From contig JAAEQW010000120.1 in assembly GCA_024231025.1 (NCBI GenBank), forward strand, positions 2,324-66,323: 64,000 bases of DNA, given 5' to 3'. The notes beneath the pieces are model-generated. The model searched no databases, was not told the DNA's origin, and was given only the letters and a program-made list of their open reading frames with translations. Shown here in pieces: positions 55,449 through 64,000 of the stretch. The DNA is from Candidatus Omnitrophota bacterium (GTDB lineage: Bacteria; Omnitrophota; Gorgyraeia; Duberdicusellales; 4484-171). A program made the translations under genes and the position numbers. Each line of letters begins with the position of its first letter. The stretch's first letter is position 1.

Positions 55449-57622
55449 ACAAAAATTTCACGTCCTTCTTTAGTATAACCTAAAACCATATCGCTTATCT
55501 CCCCCCTGGTCATCCAAGTTGGCGGACGTACGCCTTGAACGAAACTATCTCTTACTGCTGTTCCTGAAATTGACTTTTTTTGTTCATCAATATGCGTACA
55601 TTGTGCAACATAATTATCGCAGGCTGGGCAAAATTTAATCTCATCAAACATTACAGGAATAATCCCAATATCACCTAAATCATAAAATAGCTGTTGTGAC
55701 GCGGTAGGCGGATAAAATTTACCCACTCCAGTATGGTCACGACCAATAATAAAATGGCTACAGCCAAAGTTTTTTCGGCAAAGAGCAGTGAATACTGCCT
55801 CTCTTGCCCCCGAATAACGAGAATAGGTAGCAAAAGCTCCGATAAACGCCTTATCGGGAGGTAAGAAGCCGCCGTCTAACATAACCTGATACCCCTTAAG
55901 TAAGACATCAGAAGCAAAGTCACCCTTCTTTTTCTCACCGATAACCGGACTCACCAATAAGCCATCACAGTGGGTCCTTTCTAAGGCAATTTTCTGTAAA
56001 GCTTCATGGCCGCGATGAACAACATTACGAGTATGAAACCCCACTACACGACTCCACCCCTTACTATCAAAAATATGGCGCAGCTCTTGAGGCGTAAAGT
56101 TATATATTTTATGAGCACAACGCCTTTTCCTAACCAATGTTACTTCTCCCCCTATGAAACAATCCCCTTTAGCTTTTAAACCAATCACTCCAGGATGGGT
56201 TTGGTCCAATGTGCCAAACCATCTTTTACATACCGATTCAAAAGGAAACTTATAGATATCAGTTATTTTAAGAGTAGCGTAAACCTCCTTATCAACTTTG
56301 TTTGATAAAGCAATCATCTGTCCGGCTGTTAGCCCAACAAGATCTGCACTGTGCTGCTGTAAAACTATCGGTAAGGTCCATATCGCTCCATCAACCAACT
56401 TGTAGGTGTCCAAAACTGAATCGATTTGGATTCGATCCATAAACCCCTCTAAAGGAGAATATGTCCCTACGGCTATTTGCTCGCAATCCATGATCGCCGC
56501 ATCGCTGACTTCCAACATGCGAAAACTATTAACCATTCCCCAATCAGGGTCCTTGTCCCAACGTTGCACTAGTTCTCCTCCGTGAGGCTCAACCAAAAGA
56601 GAGCCTACAGAAGTTGAACTTTGAGTCAAATCCTGCTTTTGGGAGAGATTAAATTGATTAATTAATCTGACCACCATCGAAGCTGCCTGAACAGGGCGCT
56701 TGCCAATGGCGGTTTCCGCCGCTAAAACTAATCCATCCGCACCCATCGCTAGAGAATTAATCACATCATGCACCTCAGCTCGAGTAGGAGTAGCTTTTTC
56801 AATCATTGATTCAAGAAGATTGGTCGCGATATAAACCGGTTTTCCAACCTGATTGGCACGAGAAACGATTTTTTTCTGATAAAAAGGTACCTGTTCTATT
56901 TTAATCTCTCGAGATAGATCCCCTCGATCAATTAAAATAGCATCGGTGACAGAAAGAATATCATCTAAATTCTTATACCCCCGCTGACTCTCTATCTTAG
57001 AAATAATAAAAGCCTTGCCCTGAGTGAGGCGACGCATAGTTTCAACATCTTTCTTAGTATTAGCAAAAGAAAGAGCATAATGTTTAATATCCAGCTTATT
57101 GCCGATTTCAATTGCCTCAATATCCTTTTGTGTAAAAGCTGGTAGCTCTATCTGGCGCAAAGAAGTAACTGCTTTATTACTACCTACCCAGCCACTAGAT
57201 ATCACCCTGGCCCGGATAATACCTGACTCTATAGAAATAACTCTAATTAAGGCTGAATCAAAATCAATACTCAACAAATCACCTTCGGCTAACTGATCAA
57301 TGATAAAAGCCGGATAAAGCGGTATGTTATCTAAGCTATCTGCTCGGCTATTACCCAGCACTATTTTTTGATTGGCTTTTAGAAATTTTTCTTTCACTCC
57401 AATAAAACCAGTTCTTATCTGGGCTCCTTCACTATCAAGGCATATCGAAACGCTGCTGTAACGACGGATAAAATTAACACGATCCTCTATATCATCTAAT
57501 TTAGTATGCGATAAGTTAATACGAAATAAACTTACCCCCACCTCTTCTAGACGAACTATTGTTTTTTCATTAAATGATGCTGGGCCTAATGTGCATAATA
57601 TTTTCTTTTTACTTTTGATCAT
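55445..57622 (-). CDS. Pyruvate kinase-like / ATP sulfurylase (Sat) fusion protein
   Basis: N-half: CTLGPAS, RINLSH, SKIES, RGDL, PTRAEV, AETAIG. C-half: PHGGEL, YSPLEGFM, WTLPIVL, HTRNVVHRGHE, GRDHTGVG, ISGT. Single frame. Confidence 0.9.
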   Translation of the reverse strand: MIKSKKKILCTLGPASFNEKTIVRLEEVGVSLFRINLSHTKLDDIEDRVNFIRRYSSVSICLDSEGAQIRTGFIGVKEKFLKANQKIVLGNSRADSLDNIPLYPAFIIDQLAEGDLLSIDFDSALIRVISIESGIIRARVISSGWVGSNKAVTSLRQIELPAFTQKDIEAIEIGNKLDIKHYALSFANTKKDVETMRRLTQGKAFIISKIESQRGYKNLDDILSVTDAILIDRGDLSREIKIEQVPFYQKKIVSRANQVGKPVYIATNLLESMIEKATPTRAEVHDVINSLAMGADGLVLAAETAIGKRPVQAASMVVRLINQFNLSQKQDLTQSSTSVGSLLVEPHGGELVQRWDKDPDWGMVNSFRMLEVSDAAIMDCEQIAVGTYSPLEGFMDRIQIDSVLDTYKLVDGAIWTLPIVLQQHSADLVGLTAGQMIALSNKVDKEVYATLKITDIYKFPFESVCKRWFGTLDQTHPGVIGLKAKGDCFIGGEVTLVRKRRCAHKIYNFTPQELRHIFDSKGWSRVVGFHTRNVVHRGHEALQKIALERTHCDGLLVSPVIGEKKKGDFASDVLLKGYQVMLDGGFLPPDKAFIGAFATYSRYSGAREAVFTALCRKNFGCSHFIIGRDHTGVGKFYPPTASQQLFYDLGDIGIIPVMFDEIKFCPACDNYVAQCTHIDEQKKSISGTAVRDSFVQGVRPPTWMTRGEISDMVLGYTKEGREIFV

Positions 57623-57638
57623 ATGTAGCCTGCCTTTA

Positions 57639-58838
57639 TTACAATTGTTCTTTACCAAGCACTGGTTGCAAAAATTGCTTCCCAGATATTACACGTAAAT
57701 AATACTTAAAAAATAGTTTAACCCTTAACAGATACCAAATAACATTTGTAATAATAACTTTAAATTTAGATTTTTTCAAATTGTTCCAAATGTACTGAGG
57801 AGAAAAAAATCTTAGCTCAAAACTTAATGGGAGCAAAATCAAAAACGGAACCAAAAATATATCAAAAATACCTATCTTTTTGAGAGAATAACCATAAAAA
57901 ACAAGCCGATTGTTCATAATGCAATTAAGCACGGACTTATCGTGCCAGGATAATTTTTTCTCCCAATTATTAACCAATGCTTTTGCCGACCACCCTTTAT
58001 CCTTATGTTTTGCGGTAGAAAGGGCATCCCCGTGCCACGTTAACCCAGCCCATGTCGATCTTTTTAGGCAATCATTATGAGAAATACCTAGCCATTGACA
58101 CAAACCGTTTAATACCTTGTCGTTTCCCATATCCTCTAATTTAATTGCACAATATTCGTGATTAAGCCTCTCCAAAGCTTCCACATCCGCTAAGATTCTT
58201 CTTATATAGAAATATAAGAATGCTTCGTTGTCTTTTAGCAAATCGAATTTACGCCAATGTAAAATTCCTGATACAAAATTTGCCCGAGGGTCTCTGGTTG
58301 TGCAGATAATCTTACTGGTAGGAAAATCATCCATCAGCAAATCTAAACGATCAAAACCATGTTCATGATGGAAAATAATCTTTTTGCTCTCAATATCCTG
58401 ACCTAATACAATTGCATAAGCCCCGTAAATAGCCACAAAAATAGTTTTCAAATCAAGTCTTCTGTCAACTAATAGTTGGACAAATATTTCTTTGAAGCAA
58501 GAAATATCAATATCAATGGATTTATTGCGTCCATCACCCAGCTTATTCTTTCGCTCAAATAAATCATACCTGGACTTAAACCGTTCAATAAAAAACCCGA
58601 CGAACTCATCAATAAAATCTCTAGAATCAAATTCTCCAGCCTTAACACACACCGATCTGGCCCAAAAATCATGGAATAAAAGCGACCCGTTAAAAGTAGC
58701 AACCTCTGGATGTGAATCAAGTAAACTCTGCAAGAGATCGCTGCCGGTTCTTCCGGTTGTCACTAATATATATACCGGTAAACCCAAAAGCTTTTCCATT
58801 ATTAATGCACTATCCTTTAATTTCTCATCAGTTACCAT
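57639..58838 (-). CDS. PAPS-dependent sulfotransferase
   Basis: 5'-PSB-like TTGRTGSDLLQSLLDSHP and 3'-PB-like RDPRANFVS motifs. Confidence 0.8.
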   Translation of the reverse strand: MVTDEKLKDSALIMEKLLGLPVYILVTTGRTGSDLLQSLLDSHPEVATFNGSLLFHDFWARSVCVKAGEFDSRDFIDEFVGFFIERFKSRYDLFERKNKLGDGRNKSIDIDISCFKEIFVQLLVDRRLDLKTIFVAIYGAYAIVLGQDIESKKIIFHHEHGFDRLDLLMDDFPTSKIICTTRDPRANFVSGILHWRKFDLLKDNEAFLYFYIRRILADVEALERLNHEYCAIKLEDMGNDKVLNGLCQWLGISHNDCLKRSTWAGLTWHGDALSTAKHKDKGWSAKALVNNWEKKLSWHDKSVLNCIMNNRLVFYGYSLKKIGIFDIFLVPFLILLPLSFELRFFSPQYIWNNLKKSKFKVIITNVIWYLLRVKLFFKYYLRVISGKQFLQPVLGKEQL

Positions 58839-58888
58839 TGTTTACACATCCTTGCCTATTTTTCTAATCATAACAAAATGACAAATGC

Positions 58889-59887
58889 CTACTCATCGTC
58901 AATATTTCCAATTTTGCGATCGCTATCAGCCCATCCCAAAAAAGATGACACATAAACGATATCTAATAGCCTTTTAAAAAGCCTATAGCCTTTTTTAAAC
59001 AACCAAAATCTTAGAATTCTGTTTTTCTTGGCAGCTTGAGCAATAATTTTTAAATATTCTCTACTCTCTGCATCACTTAAAAGACCTTCTTTCTTAGCCA
59101 AATCAACAATACCACCAGCATAATCATATACCCCGTACACTAAACAAGTAACAATAGATTTGCGAAGCTTATCTTTTGCATAAGCCAGATCATTCAACTT
59201 TTTTAAATATTTAATCCAAATATCTACATGCTTAAAGTATAGCGCATCACCAAAGACTAGTTGCCCTTTACCGCCGTAATTAAAAAAAGTTTTCCTCTTC
59301 CAGTATTGCCTTCTAATATCAATAAGGGTAAAACCTTTTTCATCTAAAAATCCATCTACATCTCTAAAAACGGGCTGGTCTGTATACAATTTGAGAAATT
59401 CTACCTCGCACTGTATGCCAAAAGTATGACTCAAGCACTCTTCTGCTCCACCCTTTAGAATAAAAAGCTCCGTTCCCTGGGTATCCAATTTAATAAAATC
59501 AGCGTCTTCTAATACATTCTCGGAAAAGAGCTTATCCAGAGTGGTTATCTTATGCTCCGGAATATCTACAGTACTAATAACTTTAAATCTTTCTACCTGA
59601 GGATAATCTTCCAACACATCAAAATTAGGCCTAAGGCAAGACGACTTTCCGGACTCCTGAGAAACATAATATTTTTGCTTAACCACATTTTCATAAAGAG
59701 CATAATTAAGATACACGACTTGATCGGTCGACTTTAATTTCGTAAACTCTCTATCATCTGGTTCAAACGCAATGACCTTCATCCGCTTCGATATAACATC
59801 CCACTTTGTAGCAATTCCCCCCATAGAACCGACATCAATCAAGATATAGTGTCCCTCCAACAATTCTTCTATTAGTTTTTTCATCAC
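58889..59887 (-). CDS. FkbM family methyltransferase
   Basis: IDVGSMGG, AFEPD, TLD, DFIKLDTQGTELFILKG and GDALY motifs. Confidence 0.88.
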   Translation of the reverse strand: MMKKLIEELLEGHYILIDVGSMGGIATKWDVISKRMKVIAFEPDDREFTKLKSTDQVVYLNYALYENVVKQKYYVSQESGKSSCLRPNFDVLEDYPQVERFKVISTVDIPEHKITTLDKLFSENVLEDADFIKLDTQGTELFILKGGAEECLSHTFGIQCEVEFLKLYTDQPVFRDVDGFLDEKGFTLIDIRRQYWKRKTFFNYGGKGQLVFGDALYFKHVDIWIKYLKKLNDLAYAKDKLRKSIVTCLVYGVYDYAGGIVDLAKKEGLLSDAESREYLKIIAQAAKKNRILRFWLFKKGYRLFKRLLDIVYVSSFLGWADSDRKIGNIDDE

Positions 59888-59915
59888 ATCCTACTTTCTA
59901 ATACTAGTATATAAA

Positions 59916-60677
59916 TTACCAGGCGCTCCATCCACCATCAACATTCAAAACTTCACCTGTAACATAGCTTGAATTATCTGTCGCCAAAAAAAGACAAGCA
60001 TTGGCTACATCACGCGATTTACCCCATTTTTTCTGAGGCGTTCTATCTAATGTAAATTGATAGAGATCATTTTTTTTCTGAAAACTTTCCGTGTAAGACG
60101 TCTCACAAAATCCAGGAGCGATAACGTTAACATTTATATTATAGCTGGCCCACTCTAACGCTAAACATTTTGTTAAAGATATCATGCCCCCTTTTGATGC
60201 ACCGTAAACAGAAAGATCCGGAAGCCCTAAAGTACCTACAATAGAGGCGATATTAACTATTTTACCGCACCCTTTGTTAACCATATGTTTCCCTGCTTCA
60301 CGACAAAAAAAGTATACACTATCTAAATTATTAGCCATTACCCCTTGCCAGTCTTGGGTAGTTGTATCAAGGAATTTCTTTCTAAAACGCATACCGGCAT
60401 TATTTATAAGCACATCTATACAACCAAACTTATCTACGGTTTTTACGATAAAATCTTTTACCGAAACCTCGCAAGACACATCCCCTTGGAACAACAATAT
60501 TTTATCCTCATCTAAGCTAACTTCTTTCTTTAAGGAAGAAAAATCATTTGAGTCGCGAGTAATAAGCGCTAATCTTGCTCCTTGTTCATAAAAAAGTTTT
60601 GCAACCTCTCTTCCTATTCCTTTACCAGCTCCGGTAACAACACAAACCTTATCTTTTAGTAAAAATTGATTTTGCAT
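59916..60677 (-). CDS. Short-chain dehydrogenase/reductase
   Basis: TGAGKGIG, NNAG, YGASK and VDGGW motifs. Confidence 0.9.
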   Translation of the reverse strand: MQNQFLLKDKVCVVTGAGKGIGREVAKLFYEQGARLALITRDSNDFSSLKKEVSLDEDKILLFQGDVSCEVSVKDFIVKTVDKFGCIDVLINNAGMRFRKKFLDTTTQDWQGVMANNLDSVYFFCREAGKHMVNKGCGKIVNIASIVGTLGLPDLSVYGASKGGMISLTKCLALEWASYNINVNVIAPGFCETSYTESFQKKNDLYQFTLDRTPQKKWGKSRDVANACLFLATDNSSYVTGEVLNVDGGWSAW

Positions 60678-60678
60678 T

Positions 60679-61818
60679 TTAACTCCTTATAAGATAATTA
60701 AATGCCTGGGCAACCAGATCATCGGAAACATCACCATAGACCCCGCATTCTCCTATCACCTGCGGCAAAACAAATCGTAACTGACTATTTTTTTTCTTTT
60801 TGTCTTTATAAACATTCCTCACGCATTCATCAATAAGATCTTGTCGCCGAAAATTTATTGCCTTTGAATCAACCCTTGTCGGAAGACCATATTTTTTAAG
60901 TATTGCCTCATGTTCGCGCAAAATATTATCTGACTTGCCAAAATATTTAACAGCAATATACGCCGCACCAATCATCCCAATAGAAACACCCTCTCCATGA
61001 CGATAAGTCTCAGACAAAACATCAGTTGATATCTCTACAGAATGACCCAATGTATGTCCATAATTCAACCTTAATCTTTTCCCTTGCTCTCTTACATCAC
61101 CCGATACATGGTCAAGCTTTATTTCAATGGCACGAGACATAATATACAACAACGCATCCTGTTGGCGACTTAATACTTTTTCTGAGTTAACATCAAGATA
61201 CGCAAAGAGCTCTTTATCCGCAATAACTGCACATTTTATTATTTCTGCCAAGCCTGACCTAAAATCTCGATCGGACAAAGATTTAATAAAATCAAAATCA
61301 ATCACATCAAGCATGGGATGATAATAATTGCCTATAGCATTAATTGTTTTTCTGAAATTTATAGCTACCTTTCCTCCAATAGAGCTGTCAATCATCGCCA
61401 TTAGAGTAGTCGGAATGCTAATAAAATTAACTCCCCTCAGGTAAGTGCTTGCTACAAAACCAACCAAATCACCAATAACTCCGCCACCAAAAGCAATAAT
61501 TGTAGAATCACGCGAAAAGCCCTTTATTTCAAGAAACTCATAAAGGCCAATTGCACTAATGATAGTTTTGTTATGCTTACCCGACTTTAAAAGGTGGGTA
61601 TGCACTTGATATTGAGCACAAGTTAAGGCATCTTGAACCTTACCTTTAACTAAATCTTCAAAATAAGGATCAAAAACAATAAGAACTTTTTTATTCTTTG
61701 TTTTCGAGTTTAGATTCTCTATGAGGCTATCCGGTAACAGATCTCGACCCAGAAGTATATTATAGCAAGAACTGTCCAATTTAACTTCATAATTATTATA
61801 CATCACATTGCTCTTCAT
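60679..61818 (-). CDS. 3-dehydroquinate synthase-family sugar-phosphate cyclase
   Basis: GGGVIGDLVGF, PTTLMAMIDSSIGGK, GLAEIIK, LNYGHTLGHSVE and HGEGV motifs; start refined to 61818 (AGGAG RBS). Confidence 0.88.
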   Translation of the reverse strand: MKSNVMYNNYEVKLDSSCYNILLGRDLLPDSLIENLNSKTKNKKVLIVFDPYFEDLVKGKVQDALTCAQYQVHTHLLKSGKHNKTIISAIGLYEFLEIKGFSRDSTIIAFGGGVIGDLVGFVASTYLRGVNFISIPTTLMAMIDSSIGGKVAINFRKTINAIGNYYHPMLDVIDFDFIKSLSDRDFRSGLAEIIKCAVIADKELFAYLDVNSEKVLSRQQDALLYIMSRAIEIKLDHVSGDVREQGKRLRLNYGHTLGHSVEISTDVLSETYRHGEGVSIGMIGAAYIAVKYFGKSDNILREHEAILKKYGLPTRVDSKAINFRRQDLIDECVRNVYKDKKKKNSQLRFVLPQVIGECGVYGDVSDDLVAQAFNYLIRS

Positions 61819-61828
61819 TATCTTTCTC

Positions 61829-62491
61829 CTATACCGCAAAAAGTCCGGTATCAACAATTAGCTCCGCAATCTTAAAATCTTCAGGGGTATCGATGTCATG
61901 CCCCTCAAAATGGTTAATATTCTTAACGTAAGGTCGAGTTGAAATTCTTTGCCCTGTCTTCTCGAAAACCTCTCTCTTAAACACATACAAACTTGACTGT
62001 TCCGCGACCACCGGATCTATATCCTGAGTGCGCGGGGTTGGCTTATCAAGAGAATAATTCAAAGGCTTACCGTTAAACCAGCAAAACTTGTTTATTGCAT
62101 AAGCGGTAAAGCTTGAGTCGTATTCATCAGAATTAACTCTGCCCAAACAATCAACAATAGTTTCAGGCTTCAAAAAGGGTGATGTAATATGTAAAAGAAC
62201 TACTGTGTCCGCGCTATCCAATTTTAAAAATTCTCTTATCAGGTCTTGAATCGTTGTATTTTGATCATCAAGGGTATCCGGCCGCTTTAAAAATTTATAT
62301 TTTAGCCCAGGCTGAATATGTTCACAAATAGATGGCTCGGAAGCAAAAATTACAACCTCATCAATATCCGAAACTTTGTTTAAAGCACGCACTGTATAGT
62401 TCACCAAAGGCACTCCTCCCAACTCTTTTATATTCTTAGAAGGCAAACGCTGACTGTTAAGCCTCGACGGTATAAACCCCACTGTTCTCAT
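61829..62491 (-). CDS. Acylneuraminate/ulosonate cytidylyltransferase (NeuA-like)
   Basis: FIPSRLNSQRLPSKNIK, TSPFL, RTQD and DIDTPEDF motifs. Confidence 0.88.
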   Translation of the reverse strand: MRTVGFIPSRLNSQRLPSKNIKELGGVPLVNYTVRALNKVSDIDEVVIFASEPSICEHIQPGLKYKFLKRPDTLDDQNTTIQDLIREFLKLDSADTVVLLHITSPFLKPETIVDCLGRVNSDEYDSSFTAYAINKFCWFNGKPLNYSLDKPTPRTQDIDPVVAEQSSLYVFKREVFEKTGQRISTRPYVKNINHFEGHDIDTPEDFKIAELIVDTGLFAV

Positions 62492-62503
62492 AGCTTGTCC
62501 TCC

Positions 62504-64000
62504 CTATTGCAAAGATTTTCTGATAAAATTATAAAAATTACTACTGTTGTCTTCCTCATATCTAAATCGACTAACATCGATATCTTTTTTCTTGATGCCT
62601 TTGAGCCTGCTTAACATAAAATTTATAGCGTCATAAGACTTATCCTTGCTATTCACATAACAAACAGGAAAGATATCGGGTGATTGATAATTATTAAACA
62701 CTCCAGTCTTAAAATGATTGTACCTATCCCATTTATCATAGAGCAATACCGGTATTCTATTTATCAATGCCTCATCGATAACCGTAGATGAATAGCTTAT
62801 TAACATATCTGAAGCTGAAAGAACATCCTCAAATTTTCCTAATCTGCTTATACTGTACTTACTTGACTCTGGTAAAAATAATTTCATCTCCTCGTCACTT
62901 AAATCAAAGCCGGGATGCACTCTTATGATTAATTTGGTGTTATCCATTTTGTTTATCGCACCAACCACATCAGCTAGCCCCGATAAATATTCATCCACTG
63001 TCTCTAGAAAATAAAATCTTTCAGACCCTATGGGCTTAACTGTCGTAGCGTGGAGAATCACTTGTTCATCCGGCAAAAAACTTAAGTGAGCCTTCTTTGT
63101 AAACTTATCTGTTTCAGTTATATCAGCAAAAATGAGTGGGGCCGTTAACACCTCTTTATTTTTTATCCATTCATACTTGTTCTTGAAATATCGAAAATGC
63201 TCTTGCTGCACAGGAGTGCTCAGAGCTACATGACTATAATCTCCAAGCATAAAACCTCTACACAGATTAAAAATCGATATCTCATGATACTGATTAATTG
63301 GCATAGGATGAGTGCCATGAGAGATAAATAAAGATGGCCTGTCAAGTTTAGGCAGCAACTCAGCGGCAACATACCACAATCCTCTACCAAATGGCGATAT
63401 CAACAGAACAATATTAAATTTCTGAGTCAAAGCTTTAAACTTATAGGACCACTCTACCATCTGACGAAGACGCCCCACAAAAACACTCCTCTTTTGGTCC
63501 ATAACTTGTTTAACGTTAACTCCATTATAGGTAAAGACACTTTCGCATTCGTCATCAAATAATTTTTCTAGACTTTTGGTAACGCCGGCTTGGTCTATTG
63601 AGCTATCCCGACTTTGCACAAAGTTAATATCTATAAAAAAGACACCTGAAAATAATCCCCATATTAACCCACCATATCTCTGATACCACTTCAATCGCTT
63701 ATCATCTTTAAGAATTAAGAAGCTACTATGTGAGTTTTTAAATTTAACCTTATCTACCAATACTTTGAATCCATAGCTTAACGTAGGTAGCACAACCAGA
63801 ACCTTATTGAAAACTTTTAAGTACGCCTTTAATAAATCCAAAGAAAAATTATACATCGCCGACGCGTTCTCTTGCGTTCCGGTAAATCCTTTTTTCGCGC
63901 ACTCTTGGGAGTCCCCAAAATAATGAAATTTGATCTTATGCTTATCCGCGAACTTCTTTACCAACAGCCCCGTAGATATTGCACCAAATATAGAGCCTTT
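62504..64000 (-). CDS. Polysaccharide biosynthesis protein (GT-B-like), 5' end beyond the window
   Basis: Frame is open to the window edge; ISHG, IIRVHP and SYSSTVIDEALINRIPV motifs resemble those of 44481-45917. Confidence 0.55.
   Translation of the reverse strand, partial: KGSIFGAISTGLLVKKFADKHKIKFHYFGDSQECAKKGFTGTQENASAMYNFSLDLLKAYLKVFNKVLVVLPTLSYGFKVLVDKVKFKNSHSSFLILKDDKRLKWYQRYGGLIWGLFSGVFFIDINFVQSRDSSIDQAGVTKSLEKLFDDECESVFTYNGVNVKQVMDQKRSVFVGRLRQMVEWSYKFKALTQKFNIVLLISPFGRGLWYVAAELLPKLDRPSLFISHGTHPMPINQYHEISIFNLCRGFMLGDYSHVALSTPVQQEHFRYFKNKYEWIKNKEVLTAPLIFADITETDKFTKKAHLSFLPDEQVILHATTVKPIGSERFYFLETVDEYLSGLADVVGAINKMDNTKLIIRVHPGFDLSDEEMKLFLPESSKYSISRLGKFEDVLSASDMLISYSSTVIDEALINRIPVLLYDKWDRYNHFKTGVFNNYQSPDIFPVCYVNSKDKSYDAINFMLSRLKGIKKKDIDVSRFRYEEDNSSNFYNFIRKSLQ

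Noticed and set aside
25960-61321. Numerous 60-140 aa plus-strand ORFs opposite the polysaccharide genes (and similar ones opposite the giant gene)
   Set aside because: Antisense shadows of well-supported genes, with no motifs or RBS support
1-64000. tRNA or rRNA genes
   Set aside because: No cloverleaf or rRNA-like sequence seen in the few intergenic gaps

Overview
AT-rich bacterial window with a Gram-negative-type envelope; the gene content is compatible with Omnitrophota/PVC or a deltaproteobacterium, but that is only an inference. (1) 1-1.5 kb: housekeeping genes (glycoside phosphorylase C-terminus, NifU-C, CinA/PncC). (2) 1.45-25.9 kb: a candidate trans-envelope signalling and surface-protein locus. 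It has a ~5,276-aa secreted protein (signal peptide, FecR domain, helical repeats, many Ig-like/FN3/Ca-binding repeats) downstream of a c-di-GMP-I riboswitch whose terminator/antiterminator predicts an OFF switch. It also has a small Xis/BldC-like HTH gene with 10-bp direct repeats upstream, a divergent operon (TPR beta-barrel, TPR-FN3 lipoprotein, CHASE2 adenylate cyclase), a small secreted paralog of the giant protein's tip, and two stand-alone cNMP-binding proteins. (3) 25.9-64 kb: a large minus-strand surface-polysaccharide cluster: WaaL, CapD/PglF, WbpL-like transferase, GTs, two B12 radical SAM enzymes, several methyltransferases, a sulfotransferase with CysC and a pyruvate kinase-ATP sulfurylase fusion, two CMP-ulosonate synthetases, HpcH aldolase, transaldolase, an SIS isomerase and a DHQS-like cyclase. 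The cluster is interrupted by an HUH (RAYT-like) transposase bounded by 20-bp inverted repeats. Several short structured intergenic repeats are also present.
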